Part shown: positions 54,944 through 64,000 of the stretch, piece after piece
Layout of the letters: every line of letters begins with the position of its first letter
Numbering within the stretch: the first letter of the stretch is position 1
IMG/VR virus record: IMGVR_UViG_2884411467_000001
Coordinates: 17,098-81,097 of that record
Length of the DNA stretch: 64,000 nt
DNA from: a virus
Lineage: Duplodnaviria > Caudoviricetes
Direction: 5' to 3' (one strand)
Translations under genes and position numbers: made by a program
Notes under the pieces: generated by a model
What the model was told of the DNA's origin: nothing
Databases searched by the model: none
What the model saw: the letters and a program-made list of their open reading frames with translations, nothing else

Positions 54944-57825
54944 GGGAAAATCTCGCTCTCGCTCGCAATGCTGCGTGCGCCGAAGCCGATCATGCTGAGC
55001 GGCAACCTGGTCACGTACTGGGGCTGGCCGCTGAACTTCAACCTGTTAGCCCTCGTCCCTTTCTCGGCGCCGGGCAGTCGCTCGAACGCGGCGCCAGGAT
55101 CGGTCGCGAACGGCGTGCTGTTGAGAAGCCTTTTGATGGCGCTGGACGAGTTCCATAGGGCGAACTTGTTTCCATCCAGCGCTATGCCGCGCTGGCGCAG
55201 CTCCGTGCGCGCCTGCCGTGCATCGAGGCTGCGTCCCTCGACCTCCTCGTTCAAGGCGAAAGAGATCAAGTTGTGCACGGTGTGGCTGGTTCCGAGAACC
55301 GTGACGAACGCCCCCATCAACTCCTGGAGTGCGTTCTGCGAGTCGTCAGCTTCGGTGGCTTCTACGTGCTCGGACCAGTCAAAGGAATCCAGCCAGGCAC
55401 GCGCATCGTCTTCGCTTGCCACCCCCGAGTTCTGCATCGACCATGCGCCACCCATCATGGCGCCGTACTGGTCGCCGTCGCGCTGGTTGCCAAACTTGTC
55501 CGCAGCAGCGCGGGTGAACGTGTCGACGTTCGCCAGGATGGTCGGCATGTTGTCGATCACGCGACGCAGCATGCGCCCGCGCAGGTCGGTGTCGCGCTCC
55601 AGCCAGTGGAGTTCCTTACTCGTCTGCTCCCATTGCGTGACCGCCTCCGGCACGCCGCGTGAGGTCTTGAGCGTGAGCAATGCCATGCGGTCTACGTCGG
55701 CCTTCCTGAGCGTGCCGACATAGATCGAGGCCAGGCAGAACATGGATCGCACGTGGAACGCCATGCCGCCGCCGGAAATGGTGCCCTTGAGCGTCTTGGC
55801 GTCGGATGAGCTGGATGATTGCCTGATCAACGACATCATGTTCTCGACGCGCTGCGTCTCCCGCTCGTCGTTACGTTCGGCCTCATCGAGCAGAACAGGA
55901 ACGCTCGTGGAACCAAGGGCCTGGCGCACGCCGGACTCGGTCGAGTTGCCCTGGGCATACTGGCACGCGTGCTCGCCAAGTAGCGGGTAGATGTACTTCT
56001 GCATGATCGTCGACTTGCCGTTGCCCGCCGGGCCAGTCAACCAGACATGCGGACGCCACCGGAGCGCACCGCAGATGGGCGACAGGAACGTCCAGCCAGC
56101 CAGCAGGGCCGCCGATGAGTCGCGCTGCCAGCGGAACATCTTAGCGATGTCGAACAACTTGCGTCCCTCCGCATCGGTGAGAGCCGAATCGGATGGCGGA
56201 GGCAGCGGCAACGTCATCTCGTACACGTATCGACTACGGATCTTGGTCACATCGGTCGGGACGCCGTCGACGGACAGGTGATCACCGTGATGGAACACGT
56301 GACGGCCCGTGTCGATCCAGGCTCCGCCGGCACGCACGCGCGCACGGTCGTAGATGCCGCGACGGTGCGCGGTTTGGATGATGAAGTTGATCGCCATGTC
56401 GACATTGATACCTCCCTTTGGGCCAGCGAAGTGCGTTTCCCACCACTGGAGATCGCAGATCTCGATCAGGCAGGCTTTCGAGAACGAGCCGCGCGTGTAT
56501 TCCATGATCTGCCGCTTGGAATGCACGAAAACAAAGTACGCCCCGTGGTCGTAGCCAAGGATCTCGAACCCCATCTCCCTCTCTAAAACACGGGCAGCTT
56601 CGTCGGCAGCGTCAGCCATAGTGGTCTGCTTAGCCTTCGCTGGCTGCTGCGTCGGCACATCATCGTCGCCGCCCTGCTCGCCCGTGTGCGCGTCCTGATC
56701 GGCGCTGTACTCCTCGTGCACCGGCTCGGCCTCATGCTCCGGCGGGTATAACGCGCAGTTGATCCAGGCCTCGACCGCGCCCGCGCCTTCGCGCTCGTGC
56801 AGGTCGTTGAAGTCGCCGCCCTTTGGCAGGCCGTCGACGTCCTGGAACTCAGGGATCGCCACCACGCCGCCCACGGCAGCAGCCGCCTTGCGCGCGTAGG
56901 TGACGCCTGGGTTATTGACCGGCGTGACGGTACCCCAGTCGTTATCTGCCGCAAACACGATGATCGCGTCCGCGTACTTTGCGCGGATGACCTTGGATGC
57001 GTGCAGCAGATTGCCGGTGTCGAATGCCACCAGCACACAATGGCCAGTGCACTCATGGACGGTGGCTGCCGTAGCGTAGCCCTCCGCCACGATGAACACT
57101 TTACGGCCATCGATCTCCTGGGGCTTGCCGATGACGTGAAACACGCCCTGGCGCTCACCGCTGCTCAAATATGTCTTGTCACGCTCGTCGTCGTGAATCT
57201 TGACTTTGGTCGGAAAGATGGCCTGCAGCGAACTGATGTCGGACTTGACGAGGCCATGCATCGGAACGAGGAGCGCGTTCTCGCACACCACGTATGGCTT
57301 GCCCTCCTCTGCATCCCATCCCCACCACTTCCCCACGCGCAGGCCGTGCGCCTTGATGCCCTTCTTCTGCAGGTACGGATGATCATCGGTCGCCTGCGCT
57401 GCTCGGTCCCAGATCTTCCGCGCGCGCTCGGCGGCATTGGCCTGGGCTTCCTTCATCGCAGCAGTTCGGTCGGCCTGCTTGCGCTTGATCTCGGCGCGAT
57501 GGCGATCCCACTCCTCTTGGCTCATCGGCGCCACGCCGGCACCGGAAGACCATGTGCATTTCTCGCCGGTATTCCAGATGCCGAACGATGCGGACGGGTG
57601 ATCGTCCATGAAGACTTTCAGGTAGCCGTTACGCTTGCCGCCCTTGCTCTTGGCCGTCTTGAAGCGCTGCCACCCGAGATGATGGATGTCTATGTCACCT
57701 GGCTCGGCGATGATGCCGATCGCACGCATGGCCGCGCTGATTTCCGCAGCGACGTCATGATGGTTTAGCACGTTCGTGCGGTTGTTTTTGATTGATCCGT
57801 TCGTTGAACTTGTCGATCCTGACAT
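54940..57825 (-). CDS. TOPRIM primase fused to an SF3-like helicase (satellite Rep)
   Basis: HPYLQKKGI, VAEGYATA, AADND and GDFNDL (TOPRIM); GPAGNGKS (Walker A) and LLDEAE (Walker B). Confidence 0.92.
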   Translation of the reverse strand: MSGSTSSTNGSIKNNRTNVLNHHDVAAEISAAMRAIGIIAEPGDIDIHHLGWQRFKTAKSKGGKRNGYLKVFMDDHPSASFGIWNTGEKCTWSSGAGVAPMSQEEWDRHRAEIKRKQADRTAAMKEAQANAAERARKIWDRAAQATDDHPYLQKKGIKAHGLRVGKWWGWDAEEGKPYVVCENALLVPMHGLVKSDISSLQAIFPTKVKIHDDERDKTYLSSGERQGVFHVIGKPQEIDGRKVFIVAEGYATAATVHECTGHCVLVAFDTGNLLHASKVIRAKYADAIIVFAADNDWGTVTPVNNPGVTYARKAAAAVGGVVAIPEFQDVDGLPKGGDFNDLHEREGAGAVEAWINCALYPPEHEAEPVHEEYSADQDAHTGEQGGDDDVPTQQPAKAKQTTMADAADEAARVLEREMGFEILGYDHGAYFVFVHSKRQIMEYTRGSFSKACLIEICDLQWWETHFAGPKGGINVDMAINFIIQTAHRRGIYDRARVRAGGAWIDTGRHVFHHGDHLSVDGVPTDVTKIRSRYVYEMTLPLPPPSDSALTDAEGRKLFDIAKMFRWQRDSSAALLAGWTFLSPICGALRWRPHVWLTGPAGNGKSTIMQKYIYPLLGEHACQYAQGNSTESGVRQALGSTSVPVLLDEAERNDERETQRVENMMSLIRQSSSSSDAKTLKGTISGGGMAFHVRSMFCLASIYVGTLRKADVDRMALLTLKTSRGVPEAVTQWEQTSKELHWLERDTDLRGRMLRRVIDNMPTILANVDTFTRAAADKFGNQRDGDQYGAMMGGAWSMQNSGVASEDDARAWLDSFDWSEHVEATEADDSQNALQELMGAFVTVLGTSHTVHNLISFALNEEVEGRSLDARQARTELRQRGIALDGNKFALWNSSSAIKRLLNSTPFATDPGAAFERLPGAEKGTRANRLKFSGQPQYVTRLPLSMIGFGARSIASESEIFP

Positions 57826-58052
57826 GTAAAATCATTTCCACAACGTTCCGCGTCACCCGAACCTCGCTGGCTGCAACCAGTGGGGTTTTTACTTTTGAGG
57901 CTCGGGCATTTTTTCTCTCGGCGGCCAAAGCGACCGGCGAGCGATCCACGCGAAGGGATCGCCCTTGAGTTTCGTGTCACGACTTTATTCGCGCGCGCAA
58001 AAAGAGCCGGGCGATGCCCAGCTCTCTTTCGTGGATTCGGTTTCGATACCTA

Positions 58053-58265
58053 TTACACGGAGGTGGCCGCACCCATAGCAGCCACCTTCATGGCTGCGCG
58101 GCGCCTGGCCTGTCGCTCGCGATTGGCAGCCCGCTTTCGCTCAGCCTGATCGGGTGTAAGGTTTTCAACGCGATGACGCGCCCGGTACCCATCATCGCGA
58201 TGGTATCGGGCTCGCTGCCACTCGCGCTGGTACTCGTTGTGTCGGGCTCGCTGCTCTGCAGTCAT
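58053..58265 (-). CDS. Small Arg-rich helical protein
   Basis: 70 aa; weak support. Confidence 0.4.
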   Translation of the reverse strand: MTAEQRARHNEYQREWQRARYHRDDGYRARHRVENLTPDQAERKRAANRERQARRRAAMKVAAMGAATSV

Positions 58266-58537
58266 GTCGTGAACTCCACGGGGTCTCAGGATCTGCGCCG
58301 GCCGCCATCAACCGTCCAGGTCCGTCAATTACCTTCAAAGACCGGCGCTATAGGCCAATGCTGGCGTCACGACACATCCCGGTGCATCGGATACGGCGGT
58401 GGTACTGGTGGCGCCACCTTGATCACTGCTCAAGTTGAAGCCTGTCACGACCGTTGGCACTACGTCGGCAGGCTTGATCCATATTCAAGGCTAGCCTCTG
58501 CCCGCGCAGTGCTGTCGCCGCCCACTAGCCCCAGAAA

Positions 58538-58563
58538 CGAAAAGTCCGCACAAGGCGGGCTTC
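58538..58563 (-). terminator. Terminator after the AlpA cluster
   Basis: AGAAGCCCGC-CTTGT-GCGGACTTTTC on the minus strand. Confidence 0.6.
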
Positions 58564-58587
58564 TCGTCGGCGAGGTTTGCGGCCAGC

Positions 58588-58998
58588 TCAGTGCACGGAG
58601 CCGCCGGCCATGTTCTCCATGATGGTGCGCCGATCGCGGAAGGCGATGACCTCCTCACGAATGAACACCGCCGCCTCGCCTCCGATGTAGATGGGGCGCG
58701 GACACAAGGGGTCGAAACGCGGCATTGGGCGCAGTGTCATTTGCACGACATGCGCGATGTCAGTGCCGAGTATTTCCGCAGCCTCCGCCGCGCCGATCAG
58801 CTTGCGCGATTCTAGTTTGGATGCATCACCCAGGGACTGGCACCACGCCGCGTAGTCCTCCACGAGGTAGCCGCTGATGACCTCGCCCTCGGGGCCGGTG
58901 CTCTCGACAGGTCGCGGGAAGCCAGGGATGTCGCGCAGCGCGTCGGTACTGCAGCACAAGATGTTCGCGAGCTGCTGGGCGGTGAATACCTGGCTCAT
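58588..58998 (-). CDS. Protein with two AlpA-like domains in tandem
   Basis: FTAQQLANIL..GFPRPV and IGAAEAAEILG..PRPIYIGG..VFIREEV. Confidence 0.65.
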   Translation of the reverse strand: MSQVFTAQQLANILCCSTDALRDIPGFPRPVESTGPEGEVISGYLVEDYAAWCQSLGDASKLESRKLIGAAEAAEILGTDIAHVVQMTLRPMPRFDPLCPRPIYIGGEAAVFIREEVIAFRDRRTIMENMAGGSVH

Positions 58999-59249
58999 GC
59001 AGTCACCTGAGCGCCGGTGGTCTGCTCGCGCCGCCACGCCAACATGCGCTCGCCCAATATATGCGCTTCCGATTCATCCAGGGAATCGAACAGCAGCCGA
59101 AGCAGATCATTCGCGTTCGGATAGTGCCGCACAATGGCGTACTCCGGGGCGCACATTGCGTTGAACTGCGCCATTAGCGAATTCAGTTCCTTGATGCGCT
59201 CGTTCATGCGCCAGATAAGGTCCAGCTTGGTGTCGGGTGTCGCGCTCAT
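58995..59249 (-). CDS. Hypothetical satellite protein
   Basis: ATGA-coupled. Confidence 0.55.
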   Translation of the reverse strand: MSATPDTKLDLIWRMNERIKELNSLMAQFNAMCAPEYAIVRHYPNANDLLRLLFDSLDESEAHILGERMLAWRREQTTGAQVTA

Positions 59250-59488
59250 GCGGGAACTCCCTGGGCGCTGGTGCGCTCGGCCAGCCACTGGTCGACAGAT
59301 GCGGTGCTGTAGATCACGAAACGCTTGCCCAACTGGGTGGGCTTCGGGAAGTTGAGGGTCTCATCGGCCTGCCAGGCGTACAGGGTGCTGGCGCTGATGC
59401 CCAGGCGCTGGACAAGGTCGGCGATGCGCTCGAAGCCCTCAGGCGCCCGGCGCCTCGGCTTCTGCTCGGCTGTGACTTGCGTGTTCAT
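59246..59488 (-). CDS. alpA: AlpA family regulator
   Basis: RIADLVQRLGISASTLYAW...FPKPTQLGKR...VDQWL. Confidence 0.9.
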   Translation of the reverse strand: MNTQVTAEQKPRRRAPEGFERIADLVQRLGISASTLYAWQADETLNFPKPTQLGKRFVIYSTASVDQWLAERTSAQGVPA

Positions 59489-59869
59489 CTTGGTTCCACG
59501 GTGGTTAGCAATTCCGAGATGGTGCTGTCACGACTTTCTGTCTCAAAGCCTGACGTCATCCATCGACGTGCGGTAATGCCCGTGGTTCTGAATTTTATGC
59601 CACGAAAAGCCCCCTGCAAGAGGCGCCATATCGATGGATGAACTCTCCAATGGGGGATTGGCGCGACTGCGTTAAGACGTCCATCTTCTGCTCCCTGATT
59701 ACCTATCAGGTGACACCCGCCGCCCTCGCCGCGACGGGACTAGGTTTTCGCGGCGGGACTCGCCGCCGGGCCCATATAGGGCGCAGTGCGACGAAGCGGC
59801 CCCGGCGAATTGCTGCGAGAGAGAGTCGTGACATAACCATCGATAACCAGTCATTCACTGGTATTCCCC

Positions 59870-60121
59870 ATGATCAACCCAAATTCACCCAATCCCGTGC
59901 CCCGCGAGCGCACGTTGATTCGCATCAACGACGTGGCAAGCTTGCTGGGTGTGACGCCCAGCTCTGTCCGCGACTATCTGGCGCGCATCCCAGAATTCCC
60001 AGAGCCGTTGCGGATCGGCGCATCACTTTTCTGGATCAAGCAGAGCATCGAGGAATACATCGATAGCCTGGAGCGGGCAGCGGCTGAGCGTTCTGCTAAG
60101 CGCAGGGCGAGCGCAGCTTAA
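59870..60121 (+). CDS. alpA: AlpA family regulator/excisionase, divergent
   Basis: IRINDVASLLGVTPSSV...FPEPLRIG..FWIKQSIEEYI. Confidence 0.85.
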   Translation: MINPNSPNPVPRERTLIRINDVASLLGVTPSSVRDYLARIPEFPEPLRIGASLFWIKQSIEEYIDSLERAAAERSAKRRASAA

Positions 60122-60279
60122 GCACCCCCAAAGGGCGGCAGGTGGGCCCGTCATTGATGGGTCCATTAGCCCAAACGTCTCGCCGAGGTGACCAGAAGCC
60201 TTAAGGATACGGGAAGGGATATTTTGTGCGCACCACGGTCGAACAATGGCATAGCGATGCGGCTCGCGGGCCACAATTA

Positions 60280-60300
60280 GACTCCCGCCACCTCCACCAA
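60280..60300 (+). repeat. att site (second copy of the ssrA 3' end)
   Basis: GACTCCCGCCACCTCCACCAA, identical to 31136-31156. Confidence 0.9.
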
Positions 60301-60379
60301 CAATTCGGCAGCTCTTTAATTTTTAAGAGAAAATTTGGTGCCTTCACTACCCCTCACGGGGTACCAATGAAGGTACCAA

Positions 60380-61867
60380 ATGCCGAAACCTCTTCTGATG
60401 AACCGGAAAAGCGGACTTTACGTCCGTTTTTTTGTGCCCGTCGATTTGCAAGCACGAGTCGGTTCAAAATATTTGGTCCGAAGCCTTCAAGGTGTCCGAG
60501 CTGACGCAGCCCGATTGATGGCCGCTGCCCTGGGCTATGCTCTATCCAAAGCATTTGAACGACTGAGGATGGACCCGATGTCCGACCCGGATGACCTGCT
60601 AGACAAAGCAAAAGCAGGACTAGCGACCGGGAAGGTGTATGACATCGAGTTTCCGAATGGGCTCAAAATTCATACGAATGGGACCGATGCGGAACACCAG
60701 CGGGTACGAGAAACCATCGCAGATCTCACCCAAGCAGGTGCGTTCTCCTCTGCCCCTCCGATTGCACCTACTCATCCCAAAGCCGGATTGCTGTCCGAGC
60801 GTATCGAGAAATTCTTAGCTCAAATGAAGGGGCAGGAACGAAGTGAAACCAATCACTTCGATACTGCTTTCACTTTGAAGGTGTTCCTCGGACTGGTGGG
60901 CGATAAAGACTTGAGTGAAGTGTCACCAACGGACATGGACACCTTCATGGACGCGTTGGCCCATTGGCCCGCCAACGCCAGCAAGAAACCACAGTACAAA
61001 GGTCTGACGCCCAAGCAGGTGGTCGCCAAGGCCAAGGGTAACTCCGATAAAAAACTGGCACCACGCACCAAAGAAAAGCACCTCGACCGGTTGAGAGTGT
61101 TTTTGAAAAACTGCATGGACCGAAGGTTGATTGCCTACAATCCATGTGATGGGCTTCGCGTCACGGGCAAAGCTCAAGATGAAGAACAGACCAAGCAACC
61201 TTTCAACGAAAAGGACTTGAAGGCTCTGTTCGACCCAAGCCATATCACGCCCATCATGCCCCACAAGCATTGGATTCCAATTCTTGGCTTATACACGGGC
61301 GCCAGGCTCAACGAACTGGCCCAACTGCATGTCGAAGACATCGAGTGCATTGATGGAGTCTTCGGCATGCACATCAGACGCAAGGTCAAAAATCCAAGCT
61401 CAAGGCGCTTTGTGCCGCTTCGGCAAGAATTGCTCGACCTCGGGTTCATCGACTACATCGAGAGCGCCAAACAGGCCAAGTTTGAGCACGTATTCCCAGG
61501 CCTTCCTCAAGATGGCAACGGCCCCGGCGACCCTGTGGGAGATTGGTTCAACCGAACCAATCTCAGGAAAACATGTGGCATCAACGACCCGTCCAAGTCG
61601 TTTCATAGCTTCCGCCACACCTTTGCAAGCCTAGCCGAACGGTCAGGATTATCCGACCAACGCATAGCAAGGTTGACTGGTCATAGTTCGGGAAGCTCCG
61701 TTCTTCGACGGCACTACATCCAAGCATCGACCTTACAAGAACGCTTCGAGGACATCGGAAAAATTCGCTTTCCTGAGCTTTCCATCAAGGCGTTAAAAAA
61801 AGGGTTTTTCGAACCCTACTTCAAGCGGTTACGAGCGGTAGAAGCAAGAAAAGAGAGAGTCATCTGA
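60380..61867 (+). CDS. int: Tyrosine integrase with an N-terminal DUF6538-like domain
   Basis: GLYVRFFVPVDLQARVG..LVRSL, TGARLNEL, FHSFRHTF and LTGH..Y motifs. Confidence 0.9.
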   Translation: MPKPLLMNRKSGLYVRFFVPVDLQARVGSKYLVRSLQGVRADAARLMAAALGYALSKAFERLRMDPMSDPDDLLDKAKAGLATGKVYDIEFPNGLKIHTNGTDAEHQRVRETIADLTQAGAFSSAPPIAPTHPKAGLLSERIEKFLAQMKGQERSETNHFDTAFTLKVFLGLVGDKDLSEVSPTDMDTFMDALAHWPANASKKPQYKGLTPKQVVAKAKGNSDKKLAPRTKEKHLDRLRVFLKNCMDRRLIAYNPCDGLRVTGKAQDEEQTKQPFNEKDLKALFDPSHITPIMPHKHWIPILGLYTGARLNELAQLHVEDIECIDGVFGMHIRRKVKNPSSRRFVPLRQELLDLGFIDYIESAKQAKFEHVFPGLPQDGNGPGDPVGDWFNRTNLRKTCGINDPSKSFHSFRHTFASLAERSGLSDQRIARLTGHSSGSSVLRRHYIQASTLQERFEDIGKIRFPELSIKALKKGFFEPYFKRLRAVEARKERVI

Positions 61868-61885
61868 AGAAATCATGGGGGGCGT

Positions 61886-63001
61886 ATGGACGACCATCAG
61901 CCAGAAGGCAACCAGGAAGGTCCTGGCAAGAAGAAGCCAGAACTATCCAAAGAAGAGAAGCTTGCAAAAGAAAAAGCTCACTTCATGGAAAAATTCGCGG
62001 CGGGCGATACCAACCATGTGCAGACACGGGTTGCGTGGATACTCAATCGATACCCGGCCGCTCGAAACTCTGATGTGACCCTTCAAGTTCTCTACTGGCG
62101 AATATTTAACCGGGATCTTCTATCTGGTCCCAATACGGTTTCGCTGGAAAATCTCTACAAGCTCGCGCGTCTGACAGATATCGCAAGATCACGAGCGAAA
62201 ATTCAGAACGAATATCACCTCTTCCAAGCATCTGAGGGCATTCGAAAGCGACGAGTGGTCAAGGAAGGTGAAGAAAGGGCCCGTCAAATTGATGACCAAC
62301 CACCCATTCCGACGTTGACCGTCTATTCGGATGAGAGTGGAAAGACCGATAACTACCTCATTGTTGGTAGTGTCTGGTTCCTGCGGGGTGAAGACGTCCA
62401 TAACGTAACAAGCGCATTGAAGGAATGGCGTGAGCGCACGGGCTTCAAGGACGAACTTCATTTTACAAAAATCAGTGACCGGAGCATCGACCGCTACTTG
62501 GAGGTCATCGATATTTTGGATGCTTTTGCAGCGACGATTAGCTTCCGAGCAATCACCATTGAGCGAAGAGGACACGCAGACATTCCAAGGGTCATTGATG
62601 ACCTACTCCTGCACCTTCTAGTACGTGGTGTTAGACATGAGCATGAAAGTGGCCGCGCCCCTCTACCCCGGTCCCTAAGCATTTTCAAAGATGCGGAAGA
62701 AGAGGTAAGAGACAGGCTATCCGTTGCCAACTTGGAGCTCGACCTCAAGAACGTCGCGAGAGCCCAATTTAACAATGAGCTCCACATCTCTCTCGTTCAC
62801 GCCATAGACTCGAAATCGCTGGTTCCAATCCAATTGGCAGACCTCTTCATCGGAAGCCTCAATCGACGGCTTAACGTCGCTCAGAACGGAAACCATGCCA
62901 AAGATAGGTTTGCCAATGCGTTTTTAGGACGATTTGCTGGGGACGGTGGGCAACAGCAGTACGACCAAGGCGGTGACATGACCGTCATCGATAAATTCTG
63001 A
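61886..63001 (+). CDS. DUF3800 domain protein with an N-terminal extension
   Basis: VYSDESGK, ELHF and IQLADLFIG motifs. Confidence 0.8.
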   Translation: MDDHQPEGNQEGPGKKKPELSKEEKLAKEKAHFMEKFAAGDTNHVQTRVAWILNRYPAARNSDVTLQVLYWRIFNRDLLSGPNTVSLENLYKLARLTDIARSRAKIQNEYHLFQASEGIRKRRVVKEGEERARQIDDQPPIPTLTVYSDESGKTDNYLIVGSVWFLRGEDVHNVTSALKEWRERTGFKDELHFTKISDRSIDRYLEVIDILDAFAATISFRAITIERRGHADIPRVIDDLLLHLLVRGVRHEHESGRAPLPRSLSIFKDAEEEVRDRLSVANLELDLKNVARAQFNNELHISLVHAIDSKSLVPIQLADLFIGSLNRRLNVAQNGNHAKDRFANAFLGRFAGDGGQQQYDQGGDMTVIDKF

Positions 63002-63023
63002 GAAGCGATTGGAAGGCACGTAC

Positions 63024-63644
63024 ATGAGCACTCATATCATCGTCGTCCACGTTGACGAGCTGTCATCAGAACCAGCCGAACAATTTGCCGAAGGCATCGC
63101 TCACCATGGCTTAGATGTACAAAGAATCGCACGACCGGCCCCTGGCCCTTATGCTGGCATGCAATGGTTGCTGCCCACGGCAGTCGTGCTCTTCTTCGGA
63201 AAATCCTACTTCGATGGGTTCCTCAAAGAGGCAGGCAAGGACCATTACAACCTGTTGAAGAAAGCGACGGCCAAACTCACGAAGGAATACATCGGCCCAG
63301 CAGCCAAAAAAGTCCTTGTGGTTTTTTCTAAGGGAAAGATTCAGTCCGGTGACCCGGAATACTCGCTAACGTACTCTGTGGTTGGAGAGCTCGATGAACG
63401 CGTCACTGCGAAACTACTTCTTGAGCCGCAACTATCCAATGATGAAAGTGCCGCAGCAGTTGCGGCCTTCTTGGACTTCCTGAAATCGTTTCATGATGGG
63501 GCGCTGGATGCCGACTCTATCAGCGGACTCAAAGAAGCTCCCATGATGGGTGGGAAGCTTCTTGTTCACTTCAATCAGGAATCCCAGAGACTAGAGGTCA
63601 TAGCTCCTATCCCCGAGCATGTTCGGAACGGCCTTCCTACTTAG
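63024..63644 (+). CDS. Hypothetical protein with a hydrophobic helix
   Basis: Co-oriented with DUF3800; WLLPTAVVLFFG segment. Confidence 0.65.
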   Translation: MSTHIIVVHVDELSSEPAEQFAEGIAHHGLDVQRIARPAPGPYAGMQWLLPTAVVLFFGKSYFDGFLKEAGKDHYNLLKKATAKLTKEYIGPAAKKVLVVFSKGKIQSGDPEYSLTYSVVGELDERVTAKLLLEPQLSNDESAAAVAAFLDFLKSFHDGALDADSISGLKEAPMMGGKLLVHFNQESQRLEVIAPIPEHVRNGLPT

Positions 63645-63749
63645 CCAGTCAAAATAAAACGCCCAAGCAATCAGACATCACAAAAGATGAGAGAAGGACG
63701 GTCTCATTCTCGTGAAGCCGTCCAACTGAAAAATAGACTAGTTGACCGG

Positions 63750-64000
63750 CGACGTCCCCCCGCTTTTGAGTAGCGATTCGATTTGGAGTCCAATCCCCCA
63801 ACCGAAGGAGATTGGACGTGAAGAAGCGTTTTACCGAAGAGCAGATCATCGGCTTCCTGCGAGAGGTTGAAGCCGGCATGCCAGTCAAGGAGCAGTGCCG
63901 CAAGCACGGCTTCAGTGAGGCTTCTTATTACCTGTGGCGCAGTAAATTCGGAGGCATGAGCGTGCCCGAAGCAAAGCGACTGAAGGATCTGGAGACAGAG
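63750..64000 (+). mobile_element. IS3-family (IS407 group) element, left end and orfA from GTG at 63818
   Basis: Hand-translated MKKRFTEEQIIGFLREVEAGMPVKEQCRKHGFSEASYYLWRSKFGGM. The IR boundary is approximate. Confidence 0.9.

Larger units (their letters stand above)
31136..60300. mobile_element. 29 kb integrative element, putative phage satellite with cargo
   Basis: 21-bp direct repeat GACTCCCGCCACCTCCACCAA at 31136 and 60280; integrase at the left end; AlpA genes, primase-helicase and ori at the right end. Confidence 0.85.
60300..64000. mobile_element. Third ssrA-associated island (left part; continues beyond the window)
   Basis: Integrase starts 80 bp after att; GC content drops visibly. 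Confidence 0.7.

Noticed and set aside
1-64000. CRISPR array or cas genes
   Set aside because: No regularly spaced 25-45 bp repeats with unique spacers were seen; the repeats found are iterons, operators, att sites or TR/VR.

Overview
GC-rich window, most likely from a Xanthomonadales (Luteibacter/Dyella-like) chromosome. It consists entirely of mobile DNA stacked at the 3' end of tmRNA (ssrA); copies of the ssrA 3' end lie at 31126-31156 and 60280-60300. (1) Bases 1-31156 are the right-hand part of a lambdoid prophage: lambda-type head and packaging genes with a cos-like site, lysis cassette, Q-like antiterminator, O/P-like replication genes, cro/cI switch, early operon, xis/int. It carries a complete diversity-generating retroelement (DUF1566 target, Avd, TR, RT) in the early operon. 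Between its two operators, where lambda has rexAB, it carries a MASE1 pseudo-kinase sensor facing a secreted protein that ends in a Cys-x5-Cys tail. (2) Bases 31136-60300 are a 29 kb element bounded by att repeats, with a P4-type integrase, about 12 kb of defence/SOS-type cargo and a phage-satellite core: AlpA regulators, primase-helicase, an iteron origin and a DUF5681 small-terminase-like gene. It has no capsid, portal, sheath or tube gene, yet encodes an intact tape-measure-like protein and a baseplate-hub-like protein. This candidate tail-remodelling satellite is the most novel feature. (3) From 60300 a third ssrA-associated island begins (DUF6538 integrase, DUF3800 protein), followed by the start of an IS3-family element. 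All family assignments come from motif recognition by eye; no database search was run.
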